DNA of 64,000 bases from Gnetum montanum (GCA_015680685.1 MNCI01000459.1:62001-126000); one strand, 5' to 3'; shown: positions 10,647 to 25,805, numbered from the stretch's first letter. Notes: generated by a model from the letters alone, not told the origin. Numbers and translations are program-made.

Positions 10647-13600
10647 CATCCTCCAATTACCTTTTTGAGTTTTTCTTATTGATGGCTACATGATGTTTAC
10701 ATTTATTATTGATGTTAATGACTATTGTTAGCCAAGACATTGTTATGGATGTTTTATGATTATTTTTTATTATTATTTAGACACTTTTCCACACAATGTG
10801 GCTATGGCCATGTTTGTTATAAACATTTTAAATCTTAGTTCTTGGTTTTATTTTTGGATATATTGTTCTAGTATTATGGTTTTATCATGGCTTTATGGTT
10901 TCTAGGTTTTAATGTTGTAAATGTTATGAATGGCTACATTGGACATCATGGCTATAATGTTAAAAATGAATAGATGATATAGTTGTAGGCTAAAATGAAA
11001 ATCAGTTAAAAAGATGCTTGTCACTTTTAGGCCATGTTAGGCATAGGTTGTTTAATTGGTTTGCTAGTTTAAGGCCATGGAAGGCCATGCGTTGTTGCTA
11101 GTTTAAGGTCATGGTGGGCCATTGTTAAAAGGAAGCATAAATTTATGTTTATTTTATCTTTTATAATTTTTATGAGTTTTCTAGTTTTAAATTATTTATG
11201 AGATTTTTATGTTTACATCATTCAACAAAAGGAGAGAGAAACGAATTTAATGAAAAAAATGCAAATAAAAGATAAATTCCTAGGCTATATTAAACAAACA
11301 AAATAACATAAAAGGCATAACAAAATCTAGGCTAACAAGCTATAGGTACATATAGTTACAAGGTCACAGGGAGATAGGGTGGAAGGATCAAGGGGTACAT
11401 GTGCAAATGCTTCCTAATCTTTGGGAGATTAGAAAACATATAGGGCCTTTTTTGCACTAGTTTGTACTCTCCATCCCCTTCACTAATGATGTTAAAAAGG
11501 AGTTTTTCCCATAGTGTGTCTCCTCATCCATCTTTGTTGTTTTTGACTTTTTGGGCTCTCTTTGGTTTCTTAACATCATGGCTAGGAGTTTCTTCCTAAA
11601 AATCCACTTTAGATCCTTATTCTATATCCACATTGTTAATAGTAAAGGGATCACATTATCACCATGAATGATGATTTCACATCCCTTTTAAGGAAGGTGA
11701 ACTTCTTGGTAAATAGGTAAGAATACAGGTCATAGTTAAGCCAACCAAGGTCTTCCCAGAATGAGATTGAACCTTGGTATTTCCACTACCATCATGAAAT
11801 CCATAGTTATGGGTAATTGTTCCCCTTCCACAAAGTCTAACGAGATGGATTCCTTAACAACAACCCATGATTCACTAAAGGACTCAAGAACTAATGTTAT
11901 CATATGTTGTATTTATTTCATTAAGCCTAAATGTTCAACTATGGTGCATGGGATGACATTTGTTATAGTTCCTTTATTCACATCCACACAATGCACCTTG
12001 TATAGGACTACCTATATCATGATGAAAAGATAAGCCTTAGTCACTTCACCATTTTTGGGGCTGACCTTAATTTCACTATTGTGAAATACTAGAATGTTGA
12101 TTTTGTCTTCCTTGGTGAAGAGTGCATCTTCACTACATGAATGTTGATAGATTATACATTGTAGGTTGTTGCATCAATTATGTCTGGTGCATGGCTATAA
12201 CTAGTGTGGGTCCAATAATGATTAGTGATGAGACGCGACATGCACTGGGTCGCGATATCGCATCCCATGCGNGAGACAAAGGAGATGGAGGTAGGTACTA
12301 TGGCCTTAGGGATTAATTATTGAAATAGTCCACCTAGAATGTTTTCATGTTTGTATTCTACCCCAAACTCATCCTCACCTCTTGGTTTTCATTCCAGTTA
12401 ACCTTCTCATCTACTTCATCCATCTTAATTAATTGAGATAAGATGCATCTATGAGTTTCATTGAGATGTATTGGGTCACATGTGGAAGGAATATATTCCT
12501 TTCCATCTCATCGTAAAAGCTCAAACTTCCTTTCGGCTTTTGCTTCCATGAGAGGAATTAGCATGCTAACTTGAATCTTAGCATAAATGAAGTTGTAATG
12601 ATTTTCATTTATAATTGAAAAATTAGGAATTCACCCCCTAAGTCTTAAAGACTATCTAAATTCAATCATGGTAGGGTCCTTGGGGTTGTATACCCTTATA
12701 GCTTGTTGGTTAGACCAATTTTTCATGAAGTTGAAGGGTAGGATAGTCAAATAGCTGAAAGACATGATTAAAAATGCTAAAAATGGCTTAATAAGATGTC
12801 AATGGGTAAATAAAAAGTGCAAATTATAGCAAGTAAAATTAATGGAAAGATAAACATTGTAAAAATAGCTAAAAAGTGATTTGAGGCTATAAATTGTAAG
12901 TGGTTATCCAAAGAGCTATAACCCTTTTACTAGAAAGGGAAAATGGTGGGTATCAAACCTCAACTACACTAAGCTTCCTAGCTGCACCCACACTGGGTAT
13001 AGTAGGGGAAAGAAAAATGCGGTAAGATGGAAAATCTTATAACCTTTCTATCTAGTGTTGGAAGTGGGGATTTACTTTTGGACAAGAAGGATTTGCCTGA
13101 AAAGGAAATAGAAATTTTGAATTTCCACTAGAAATGGCTTTGGTAGGTTGCCAATGTTCCCTCTACTAGAAAAATGTTCATAGTAAAGGGGGATGAGGAT
13201 TTTGGTGGTGAAACCACCAACACTATCCTTGCAAGAAAACTTTGGCAGCAAAAGGAGGTAAAAGTTGAAATTGAAAACCAATGTTGGCCTTGGAATTCAT
13301 AACAACTATTTTGAAAATTGCAAAAATCCAAACACTTGGAACTTTCACACTAGGCTTTGGTGTTAAAGGGGATGGATTACAACATTAGTTTGGGCAACCA
13401 AAAAAGAGTTTAAGAAAATGTGCATAAAATACTTTAAATATTTTACAATTTTTCAATTGTAGACAATGTTGGTATATATGCAATAGGTTTGGATGTAGAA
13501 TTTGGATGGATAGAGGCCCTCCTTCTAGCATCAAAAAACTATAATGACTATAAATATTGATTACTAGAGAAACCAAGAATTCCAAATAAAATAGCCTTAA

Positions 13601-14600
13601 CCCCAAATCTAATGGACCTTTGCAAAAAATAAGATTTGAAGTGCCTTACATGGTTTGGTAAATTACCTAAGGACTTAAGGAGGACAAAACAATGTAGCAA
13701 AAATGAAAATGCAAAATGAAAATTTAGAAGATAAATTATGCCAAAATGAAACAAATGAATAAAATTGCATAAACATGGAGTAGTAAATTATATTTTAGTA
13801 GAAATAAAGAGGGTACATAAAATGTGAATAAAATTACCTATGGTAATAGGGGGTTCACTTCGATGAGGGTTTAGAGTTCATTGAAACTGCTATAATTAGC
13901 TTCATGATTTGGAGGTTCTACCACTTCTAATGCTTTCAAACCATTGTTGCTCCTACACAAGATCTATAATGTTTTTGATGTATGGGGATAATAGGTGTGA
14001 GGGATTTGGATCACAAAAGTGAGCAACATTTGAAGTTTAGGTTCCCAAGTGCTTAGCATTGATGCCAAAGTCTCACAAATATCAAAGGATGAATAATAGG
14101 GGTAACAATGGCTATGGGTTCCATGTTGGGGGATTCAAGAAGCTTTGTGTGTACTCAAAGATCTCAAATGTAAAGAAGCATGAAAATGAAAATGTATAAA
14201 ACCATTTCATGGTCTTGGTGCTTGGACTTTATATGATTTTGAGCCACAAATTTGGCTACAAATTCTGCTTGATTATTGTTGTTAATTCTAGCTATGTGCA
14301 AGTGTGGTGGGTGTTCAAATCTAGTAGGGTTACTATGTATGGTAAGTGTTATACCCCCATAGCATCAAAGCCATTTTGCCATGCTAGGACTTTGAATAGA
14401 AACATTGATATGTAGGATCCTCACTAGAGTTGGTGCAATGTTGAAAACTAGAACATGCTAGAGAAACACTGGGGGAAAGGTGGAATGCTAGGTGGATGAA
14501 GTGACAACATTGTGGGTAATGGTTATACCCCTCCATGCTAAGAATGGTTGATGTCATACCCTCCAATACTTAGGGTAGATGGGTAATACCCCCCAAGAGG
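8430..14600 (-). mobile_element. Old Tat-clade Ty3/gypsy relic (gag/protease on minus, accessory gene on plus); right boundary approximate
   Basis: Protease relic at about 11650-12050 (VDVNKGTITNVIPCTIVEHLGL, NLILGRPWL) homologous to 59713-60090; its tail PYMFSNLPKIRKHL matches PYASPNLRMVKK*L at about 59490-59530. Confidence 0.7.
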
Positions 14601-14899
14601 TATCTCTAGCATAGAAAATGCTATACCCCTCATAAAATGCATCAAAATTATAATTTTGGCATCCCAAAAGGCATTTTTAAGCCACCCACATCAAAATATA
14701 GGCATTATATAGTTTTTTCACTTAGGGATGAGGGTTTAACCACCTATGAGGCATCTTTTAGTCCCAAAAGTATAAAGTATGTGAGATTGCATCTAATGGA
14801 TTACAATCTTCACATTTACAATCAAGTTTAACCTTGGGTTTCATGGGATAGGAATTACATGGCCAAGAAGAGTCACAACATGCAATTTTGGTCATGTTT

Positions 14900-17800
14900 G
14901 ATATAGTAGATGTGATATAGTAGATGCAATATAACATCTACTATATAGCAAGCAATTGAGATGCACTAATAGGGATGATATAATGCAAATGTAATGTAGC
15001 ATCTACAATATCTCATCCAACTGATACACTTAACAAAATGATGCTTCATGATGTTCACACAACTCATAGCCCCATGACTAACTAAAAAATTGTCCTTGAG
15101 TTATATATAAATGGATAAAGTTCCATTACAAAAATTGTGTGGTGATCAATATTGGATTGGCTATCATTATAAAATTGGAGCACAACATTACAAAATTTTA
15201 TTAAAGTGGATGTATTACAAAATGATAAGAAGACTAAATAGAAATTAAAGTTTACAAAATTGTAGGGGTTTTCAAAAATCCACCAAAGATAAATCTTCTT
15301 GTTGTGGCTAGTACTGGTAGATGTTCCAATCTTGATTATTATGTTGATGCTTTTATTTTATGTAGAAAATTTTTAAAGGATGAACTAAAATATCTCCTCA
15401 TCACCTCATGAGTTTAGCAAACATGTGATGTTTGATCTTTAATCATTATATATGCTACTATTTGTCCATGGGCATATCCTTATATATCCTTCTCTTGGCC
15501 TCTTTTCATTGGTATATAAACTATTTTCAACCTTAGGTATTTTGTTTGAAGTCATTTGAAATCATCAAAGGATCAACATTAGTTTTGATAATTATTTCCT
15601 TCATGATTAACCCTTTCTAAATTCTTATTTAGCCCAAGATTTGAAAAAAATTTAACATTTAAGTGCAAGGTAAGTACAAAATAATGATGCCTAAAATTCT
15701 AAGGTAACTAAAATCATCAAGTTGTTCAATTCATTTTGATTATTGTTACTATTACTTACCATAATGTTCTAAAATGGGTTGTTAGAGAAAATTTCAAAAA
15801 TTACATTCTTAGCTTCCAAAATAAATGAGCTTAACTTCATATACTAACAAGTTTTTAATCAACTAAAAAATGGTTTGGTTCATAATATGACCAAGAAATA
15901 TTGAATTTGGAGGATAGTTTAGTATAAAAGAAGAAAAATTAATCAAAATTTGAAGTAGTTTCAAAATCATGGATAAAGTTTTAAAAGTTTTCCATGGTGT
16001 CCTAGAGGATGTAATGTTTTAGTTCAAAGGCAGGATCAATAAAATTCATGCAAATGGATCCTACCTAAAGATGACTGCTACCATAATGTTCTTGCATAAC
16101 CACCTCTATAGATGTCCATGGGAATCTTAGAAGTTAAATGTAGATCATGCCTTTATTTCAAACAACACACAACCATCTTGGCTAGGATCTTGCACTATAC
16201 TATTCAAAACCATTAGGCTCATAATTACATGCAACAGTGAGGTGTATAATGGGATGAGAAGGGGTTGTAAAGACTGGGACATGAGGAATCTTACCATGTC
16301 TAGAATAGGTTCCTATGTCAATATGTGTTACGATGATTGTCATACCTTTTTCTCCAAGTTTTAGACCAAGTCCATATCATTAACAATGACCTCACATTAA
16401 TGTGCCCCTACTTGCATCTATTGAGTGATTTGGTATTTTTATTCTCAATCCACTGGGTGTATTTTGATTTAGTTAGCTATTATGGACACTTGGTTTTACA
16501 CACATGCTTGTTCCTCAAGTTTGTTGTAGGTTAGTTTAGAAATTGTGATATCACTTTGAACTTTCAGCACACAATTGCACCCTTTATCATTATTAGTAAT
16601 GTGTGGAATTTTCTAACTCTTCACAATGATAGGTTCATCTTTTATGTTTTTTGTCAAATCTGTAATGGTTGTTAGGTTTTGCATAGGATTAGAAGACATT
16701 ACTTTTATAAGGAAGGAGATTATACTAGATTACCCTTGTGCTAGTTCTAATGAGCTAGTAGACCTACTAGTTTTATTCACATGTGTGGGAGTTATCCTAA
16801 AGAAAGGATGTTTCCAAGATTTATTAGATGTTTCTAAGAAGAAAGGATGTTTCCAAGATGTTATTCACATGTATGTTCACAGTACAAGTGTTATTCTTTT
16901 ATTGAGGTTGTGGTATCAATCCTTCTTGCATTTTTGGTGGTGACATATGTTAGAGGAAAGTATGAGAGTATTCAGAATGTGATGAAGAATAAGAGGCATG
17001 AGATGGTTATCCTACAGAAGATTTTGTAGGTTGATGGCATTCAAAAAAGTAGTAGGAGTGATTTGAGGCATGGGAAGTAGAATCATTTGGAGAAATAAGT
17101 TATTGAACATAGTATTCATAAGAGTATGGCCAGTGATAGGGGAATTATTAGTTTATTGATGACATCCCCCATGACCATGGATTTTATCATTATGATTGAT
17201 AGTAATCTTGAGGTTGATAAGAATTCCCTTTAGAATAGTATCATTGGTTGTAGGAATGTCTATATTTACCTTGTGGGTAAGGCAATTCCCTAGGAATTTT
17301 CTTTTCTATGAGTATGGAATTCAAAATAAAAGCTCCAAACTCTTGTAGATGTAACATTACTAGGAAATAGTGCTTTAAATGTTCATATTGACAAATGTCA
17401 CATTCATTATCCTTCTCTGTATCTGAGTTTGCAAGATACTATAATATAACTGTTTTTCCTTTTTGTCAATACATGTTCTTATCTATTTTCTTGTTTTTTT
17501 CTCTTCTTATTTTAATCACTTGATCCTATTTGCTTTACCTTCTTCTCTATGATTTTCAATTTGGTTGTAACTTTTTCATTCATCAGCTCCCACATCTTAT
17601 CTACTATTGCTTTAATGTAAATGATATACTTTTGTACTGATTATGTTTTGTACAAAATCAAGTGATCAAGATCCACCTTAACTTTCTAATCATAAATATG
17701 GACCTTCTTCTTTTAACTAGTTACATCCTAGTTATATTCCTCTCCAATGTTTCTTTTACACAACTCTTCTTTTTATTTTTCTAGCTATTAAACTAGCCTT

Positions 17801-20012
17801 TGTATGTGATGAGATCTTAACTTTGATAATTTTCCTTAGGCATAGATCCCAAGGGTCTTCCTTTTTTTGTTATGAAGCCCATCTATGAAGTGATGAAGCT
17901 ACTCTTTTTGAGAAAAACCATGGCTTGGACACCTATGTGGTAGTGAATAATATCTATCCAAAGCTACATCCAAGAATTCATGGTTTTCTTGATACCATCA
18001 TTGGAATTATTTTTTTACAATGGAAACTCTTGAATAAGTTTTTCATTTTCATTGAAGAGCTAAAGCATTACAGACCACTAGTGGATTGAATTTGTTTCCA
18101 ATGATATATACGAGCTTTTAGCTTCGTCTATTAGTATTCCAAGAAAGAGCTTAAGACTTTGCCACTTACTTTTAATGTTTTATAAGGTGAAGGCATCATG
18201 GTATGCTTGTAAATAATGTTGTGGATTAGAATTATAACCTCCCATAAATTTAGGAATTTTATTCATATCAAGCCTTTTGATGCAGCTTTTTCATTGATGC
18301 TAATGGTGTATTCAAACTACTACCCTAATTTATATCATGCTCCTAATAGCCAATAATGGTTCATCATCATCAGACATGTTATGGTGATAATATCTATTCC
18401 TATTTGCTTGATTATGATGATCTCTTTTAAGCTCCATATGATACCTTATATCTTGTCTTTGATTTTCATTTCTATTTCTATCATGACCCCTTAGTGGATC
18501 TCTATCTCCATACTTATGTTCGTGGATCTCTATCTCCATACTTATGTTCATCATTGTTAGAACTAGATGTTAAAGATGAAGAGGAAGATGGAAACTAGGG
18601 AAATCATCATGGCCCGTTATATCTCTTCCTATGGTCTCTTAATTTATCTCTTCTAAGTTTGGAGAAGGTTCTAGTCCTTTAGGTCCTTCTTATTCTAGGA
18701 CTTGTTCCATACCCTTTACGATAGTTTGCATTAGTTAAACAATATTTGAATATAGTAAGGGTCAGAATGACCATATGGGACCACTCCTTGTAGTGGTTCA
18801 CTCTAATTCTTTTTAATATAAATCCTATCATTACTACTATGAATGTCCTTATCATGTGATGGATTATAGGCCCTATGTAAAAAAAACATGTTTTTAATTA
18901 ATAATGTGTCTGTGGCTAAAAATATTAATATTTCCTAAAAGATAAATAATTAATACTTTTATAGTGATCATTTGTAATATAAATAATTTAGATCACTAGC
19001 ATCATCCTTGGTAACAATACCAATGATGAGCAATGGTTACCTCCTACATCCAACCATATGAATCATAAGCATGTATGCATGATCTGGTCGAATTTCATGG
19101 ATGGAACTAAAGTGGTGTCTCAATTGTTAAGCATTAATCATAGGTCATTGTCTTCTAACTTGGACTAGCAGTACCTTTTTTATGTATGGTTTAGTTGAAT
19201 GTTAGGCATATGATTATGATGTTGTGCAAGCCTTAAATTAGCTCAATAATAATATAGAAATAATTAGTTAATATAATTAATAATAAAATGAAATCCTAAA
19301 TTATCCAAAGGGTGATGAATATCTATTTCTAGTTTTTCATACATGTCTTGAACTCACATACCCACTATTGAGATTACCAAGTGTTATGCTACTGGATAAA
19401 TCAACCAATAATGCATGTTTACATATGGAACTAATCATACTTATTCCATTTATTGACTAATGTTCATGAAAGCATAAATATTAACTAAATACATAGAAAA
19501 TAAATTGCATTGAAAGTAAATCTATTCTAAGCCAAATTACTATGATGAATAGGAATCAATCTTGATCTTATTTTTGTTCATGGAATGTATCTAGGTATAA
19601 TGCCACTCGAATAAGATACCATAAAACTAACTCAAATCCATACTATGAGCACTCAATAACTACTTGATAAGACTATAGAACAAAACTACAAGAGCTTAGC
19701 TACACTATTAATCGAATGGTATCAAATACATGATGGGTGCTTGCATATTTATAGGTAAAATATAGGCATTGCATTGATAGGGATGTGTTAATGCATTTGG
19801 CTGCATCAACAAGGATGCATCAATGGGGCTATATCAATAAGGATGTATTAATATAACTAAGTTAGAGAAAATGTGATAAAGCATGTATGATATAGTAGCC
19901 AACTGAGACATATTAACAAAGATGATACAATGTAGATGTGTCATAGCAACTACGATATGGCAGGCAACTGATACACTTGTTAAAATGATGCTTCATGATG
20001 TTTTCATAACTT
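14900..20012 (-). mobile_element. Old Athila-like element (partial left LTR ending about 15066, gag about 17700-18300, right LTR 19024 to about 20012), no pol seen
   Basis: LTR at 19024 (tgatgagc...) homologous to 21984; decayed Asp-type PBS at about 19005-19023; PPT-like tagccccatgact at 15067 matches tacccccatgact at 22840; gag homologous to 28760-29300. Confidence 0.7.
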
Positions 20013-20079
20013 AGCTAACTAACATATTAGATCTCATCACTAGTACAGAATAAAAATTATGAAAGTAAAATATATTCTA

Positions 20080-20620
20080 TATACTTCCAATGTTGTCTCT
20101 CTAATGTATGCTATGGTATGCACTTATCCAAATATAACATATGTATTTAGTGTTGTTAGTAGATATATGAATAATTATAGTTGGAACCATTGGCTTATTA
20201 TGAAATGGATTATTAGATACTTAAAGGAAACTTAATCTTCTTGTTTATTTTTTGAAAATAATGATTTGAATATTTGTGGTTATGTGAATACAAATTTTGG
20301 ATTTGCTTTAGATACCAGACATTCAACTACAAGTTATGCTTTTGTTTTAGGAGGTAGTATAATAAGCTTGATATCAAAACTTTAATATCTAGTAACTTTG
20401 TCCACTATAGAATCTAAATATGTGTCATTGATAGAAGCATGAAAGGAGATGTTATGGTTGTGAATATTTTTACAATTTTTGATATAAATTAAGATAGTTA
20501 TCAAATTTTCTATGACAACCAAAGTGTCTAGCATTTAGCAAGAAATTCAACTTATGGACTTTAGGCATAATGGTATATTTAAGTAACATGTGATTAGGGT
20601 TGTAGACATTCACTCTAATT
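20080..20620 (+). mobile_element. Ty1/copia RT-RNase H fragment
   Basis: SLMYAMVCTYPNI...VVSRYM...KWIIRYLKET...STTSYAFVLGGSIIS...VTLSTIESKY...DNQS.*HLARN. Confidence 0.9.
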
Positions 20621-21983
20621 TACATCCATATTTAATTTTTTTCTTCATCTTGATGCTTTTTTAGGTCTGATACCACTAGCTGATACCTCTTGCTTTAGCT
20701 AGAAAACTATCTCCCTAAGTACTTGAGAGTACACAATGTTAAGGAAGAAGGCTTGCATCTTTTCTATTTATCCTTATCTTGATGTTTTATTATCACTGAT
20801 ACCTCTTACTTCAGCTAAAAAATTATCTCCATGAGGAATTAAGAATATAAAATGTTAATGATATTGGATTTTAGAATCCAACCATACATTGTTATTTTAT
20901 TTTCATAGCATTCAAAGAAGCATTGCATTTTATTAATCAGATAGAAATGTGTAGTGGCTCACTTGAATATAATCAAGAAATAGATAATTTCATTCAAAAT
21001 ATGTAATGTTAGAGATATCTTATGCATTAGAAAAATTGTCTATGTACTTAGTTAGAATTCCCTATTCATGTTGTCACTATTTGAATTGTACACATACTTG
21101 TATCCCACTTTGCTATACCATAAGAGTTTTGGAATTGAAAGTATGATCAAAGATGAAAAGTCCCTAGAATTAAAATCTAGGCATGTAATAAGGAAAATAT
21201 TTTTATTTAATTTTTTATTAAATAAATGTATTTACATAAATATTAACTTTTTTCTATATTCTTGCAGCTCCAAGGAGGATAAATTTTTTAAAAAATTTTA
21301 AAAATAGATGTGTGAGTAAACATAATTTTTAAATTTTAAATACATATGTTCTACTATAATTTTGGAAATCCTAAGGAAAATAAAGCTTAGAAAGTGTCAG
21401 CTAAAATTCTAAAAATAACTTATGATTAGTTTATGATTTATGATTGGAGTGATAAATGATGTAAAATTAAAATTGAAGTTTAAATACTTCTATTTGGATC
21501 TAAATAATGCATCATACAAATTAGTAAGTACATAATATAATAGTAATAAATCTTCACTATAATAATACATTGTTAGCAATAAATCTTGAGTACAATAGAT
21601 GTGTCCAATATTCATGTAGTTAATACTTTTTCATAGATAATACTCTAGAGCTAATGTTAGTAGCTTGAAAAGCTCATACAAATTTTGATGTAAGATTTGA
21701 AATTTTCCTTTGAAGACTTATATTCTATAATATTCTAATAATACATATTGCTCATTTTCCACTTGTTATAAGAACCATTACCATCTTCTACTCTCTTATT
21801 ACAAGTAATCTAATCTTCTAGTTTCAACTTCCAAGGTGATTTGGTCCCATTCTCATCCTACAAATGTTTCTATAGATTCATGAGTGTTGGAATATAATAG
21901 TCTAATAATACATATTTTTTCTAATCTTCCACTTGCTATAATCATAGGTGTCATCTAATATCCTTCTGCTAAAAGTTATCTAA

Positions 21984-22839
21984 TGATGAGTGGCAAGGTA
22001 CCCCTACACTCAACCATACGAATACAAGCATTTCACACATGATTCGGTCGAACTTCACAGACGGGCTAGCTATGGTATCTAGATAGTTACTCATTGATCG
22101 CAGTTTTTTGTCTTCCCACTTGGACTAGTATTTGCTTTGTCACATATGGTTTAGTCCAGAGTGAGGTGTATGATGTGTTCCTACACTAATGCTACTCCTG
22201 GAGGTGATGGAAAATAATCTTAGCTAAGCTAGGAGGAAAAGGGAGAGAGAGTTATGCTAAGAGGAAATAGGGAGAGAGAATCATTCCTTAATCATTCATA
22301 CGCATCTTGGACCTCATGCAAGACTACAATTGGGATTACCAAGTGTAGATCCTAGGTACACTACTAGGCTACCAAGTAGTCACACTTAAATGCTCATCAT
22401 TAAGTCATACTCATTTCATGTTTAAGGAGTTTAGGGTGAAGAGATATTAACTATGAAAGAAATAAATAACAATAACAATTAAATAATTAAACTAAGTGAA
22501 TGATACAATGATGAAGTAATCTTGATCTTTATTTCTGGTCATGTGTGTGTCCAACTATGTTAGACTCAAATAAAGGATGTCGTACAATTACAATCATCAC
22601 ACTATGTGCATGCACTAGGAGAAAGGGTTGAGAGGAAAATTAACAAAAAGATCCTAGACTAAACTAACTTACTAAAATTGACAAAAAGAAAAAGGCCTCC
22701 TTTTTCGTGTGCCTACATGTATATTTATAGGCCCACGTAGGAACCATGATATCACACATCCGATATCATTGTTGGGTGCGATATCACGTATTTGATATCG
22801 TGGGTCCAATATTGCAACCAGATGAATCACGATTCATCA
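21984..22839 (-). repeat. 3' LTR (856 bp)
   Basis: Direct repeat of 29628-30511 with a 28-bp indel; PPT (minus strand catgggggta) at 22840-22849. Confidence 0.92.
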
Positions 22840-22940
22840 TACCCCCATGACTGAATGAAAACTCATTCTTGAGTCAAAATAAGAACAAGCCCCATTGGTT
22901 ACACAGTGGATAGATATGGGATTATTAACTGATAGGGTAC

Positions 22941-25805
22941 TCATGCTGCAGTGGAGAACTCAATAGAAAAAAATTTGGACATGACATGAAAAATGAAAAA
23001 TTCCAAAATTGGATGGAACTCGTGTGGTTCCAGGTGGCAGTGGCTCCTCCATGGGTTGATTCCCCTTATCTTGCACTCCAGGTGTTGGAATTTGATGACG
23101 TTGAAGTAGTGCCTAAAGTTTCTCCTCTTTAGTTTAGGGATCCTATGCTGTCCATTTTGATGCTCGAATGTTTGATAGAGTTGGCACCTTCCATGGGTAT
23201 GGTAGTTGTGGAAACATTTTATTTTCCTTGACATACTAGGCCGCAAACAATCATCGTTCCTCCTCGTAGTCTTTGGCTTTGTCGCTGTATTTCTGAAAGT
23301 CTATAGGCCATCAAGCCAAGTCCATTACAACATCTTTTTGACCTTGGTAGCTTTCTCTAACCACCTCCAATTTAGAATTTAAAACTTCCAGCTTCTACAA
23401 TGTTTTCATGTGTTCTGCAAATTCTACTTCATACTTGGCATAGGTGGTAGCTACTTTCTTCTTGAGCTCTATCCTTAGGCACCCTACTGTCAACATGGCT
23501 AGGTTGGCATACTATAGGTTTTCCAACTCCATGTACTCTAGGAGATCTTGAATTTGCACGTATTGGCTTTTAAGTTTCTCTTGGTGGGCAAACACATATG
23601 TGTACAATATGGCTCACCAATTAGTGTGTTGAGCACTGAAAGCATTGATGTGGGCCTTGGCCATATGGATCTCCTTCTTGATGATTTTTTTGTATATTCC
23701 TACCTTGTCTCAAAAGTGCTCCTTTAACTTTTCGTGCCGCTTGGCCTCGTTCTACCATGCGTTTACTTTGATGGCCATTTTTTCATGAATGGTGCATACC
23801 TCCTCCATTGAGAGGGTCTGATTTTCCCTAGCCAAGTAGTTCATGTCCTGGTTAACCCTAATTAGCTATTCTCATAGTTGCTAAAAATGCTCTTCAAGAA
23901 CATTTTTTTGTTTTTCCATAGAGGTTAACTAAAGATTAGCAGCAATGAGTTATTTATTTTTTCTTGTAAGGCCTAGAGTGCCTTAGCATGCACGTAAGTT
24001 TGTTCTTGCACCATGGAGGAATTCTAGTCGACCTTCTCTTTTTCCTCTACCAACTTTTTATTTTCTGTTAGTAATTTATTGAGTTGCTCAATCTTGAAGA
24101 TGTCCAACTTGTCTACAAGAAAAAATTGAGAGGGATCCTGTTGTATGGCCTGCAAGGTTATGAGCCTTTCTTGTAATCTTGCAACTTCTACTTTTGCATG
24201 CTTAGCCCTCATCTCTATCATGACTAGATTTCCTTTGGTGAAGATGAGGTCTAATTTTGCTATTGTAACATCTTGTGCAATGTTAAACAAGGAAATCATC
24301 ACCTGTCCTATTTGTAGGAATCAATCAAGCATGTCCTCATGCTTTGTAGGATTCATTGAGGGATAGGTAAGAGTTTGAGCATCCTGTGCTCCTATGAAAT
24401 TTGTCGGTGGCACAACAAGGATGTGAAAATATTGTTTGATGTGATCTATGACCATCTCTGTGGCTCCTGTTGCATCATGGTGCTGCATGACCACCACTGT
24501 GGGCCCTTCACTAGTCTCTAGTTGCACTTGAAAGGATGTAGCATTACCTGAGATTTATTGTGACTAATAACTCTTCCCTCCTCCTGTTTGATTGGACACC
24601 TCACCCCATGCATGATCTATGAAGATAATGGATCATACAATATCATCGATGATGTGGAAGGGATTTGCATCATCACAACTTCCCCAATTGACTATCTCAA
24701 TGATGGCCATGAGATGGCTCATCAATGTTAGATAGTCCTATGATGGTGACAGTGATTGATCTCACTAGCTCGTGCTAGGCCCTACTTCTTGCTATTGACT
24801 GGGTCCCATGCTTGGAGGTTGGCTGGGCCCTACAAGTTGAGTTACAGTGGGTCCCACCATCAGTTCTTACTCTTGTTCTAGCCCCAGCATCTCACCAGCA
24901 ATCTTCCTTGTAGCCGGTGGCTTTAACAGTTCAGTGTACGAAGCATTTTAGGATTTTCTGAGGACATCATTAGTGTATTCCCGAATACCAGCACACTTGC
25001 ACAGCTTCCTGATGAGACAAGGGAAGGGAAACACAAACTTCCCTATGTTGGGTTCTTCAAACTACCTTAAGATCTCCATGAGATATAGATGAGGCAGGTT
25101 AGCGTTAACCTTTCTCATCAATATTGCACTTTCTCTTGCCGCATATGTTAAAATTCTATTTAACCCTTTTGTGGGGAAGATGTGATAAGTTCCAATTTTA
25201 AAGTATATTTATTCTTCCAATGTCAACTATCCATAGGTCTTATCCTCTTTACCGTATGCCCTATCTAACCAAACCTTACACACATTAGCATCAAAGAAAG
25301 CACCCTTTGTCCCTATATTCGAAAGGTCTAACACTTCTGAAATGGCTTGGACAGAGAAATCAATAGACACACCACAAATGTTAACTATGGTGCCTTCTTC
25401 TTTATTGTGCTAGAATTGGTACGTTTCTCCTAAGTACCAGGCATCGCTTTCTGAGAGGATAGGCCATAATGGTGATCCTTTGAGGTGGTCCCTGATGACC
25501 TTAAGAGCATATTCCATGAAAGGTCAAAAATTCAATTCCATGATCACTGCAAGTAATGTGGACCTTTCACAGATGGCCTAGACACATTCCAGAGGCAACA
25601 TGAGATGTCGTTCTAGTTTAGGTACTGTATTAGCTCCACCTTCTACCTATCTTGATTGTACAGTAGCAGGGTCTTCTTGAAGGATACTAAACGAGTGCTC
25701 CTCCTGCTCTATGTGTTGTTTGACAAGCACCTATTCTTTACCTCTCCTGGGTTGCTTAAACACACCTTGAGAGGGACCTTCTTGTTGTCTATGCTTTGGG
25801 ACCAT
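22941..25805 (-). pseudogene. Athila ORF2-type accessory gene (plant transposon/PMD-like domain plus coiled coil), decayed, possibly spliced; 3' end approximate
   Basis: Starts MVPK at 25805; contains GVSIDFSVQAISEVLDL, VNLPHL and FPFPCLIRKLCKCAGI (FPxLIxxLC..AG motif); heptad-rich EVARLQERLITLQ...KLVEEKEK. Confidence 0.7.

Noticed and set aside
22941-25805. True envelope gene
   Set aside because: No signal peptide or clear transmembrane segment seen; motifs fit the Athila ORF2/plant transposon protein type.
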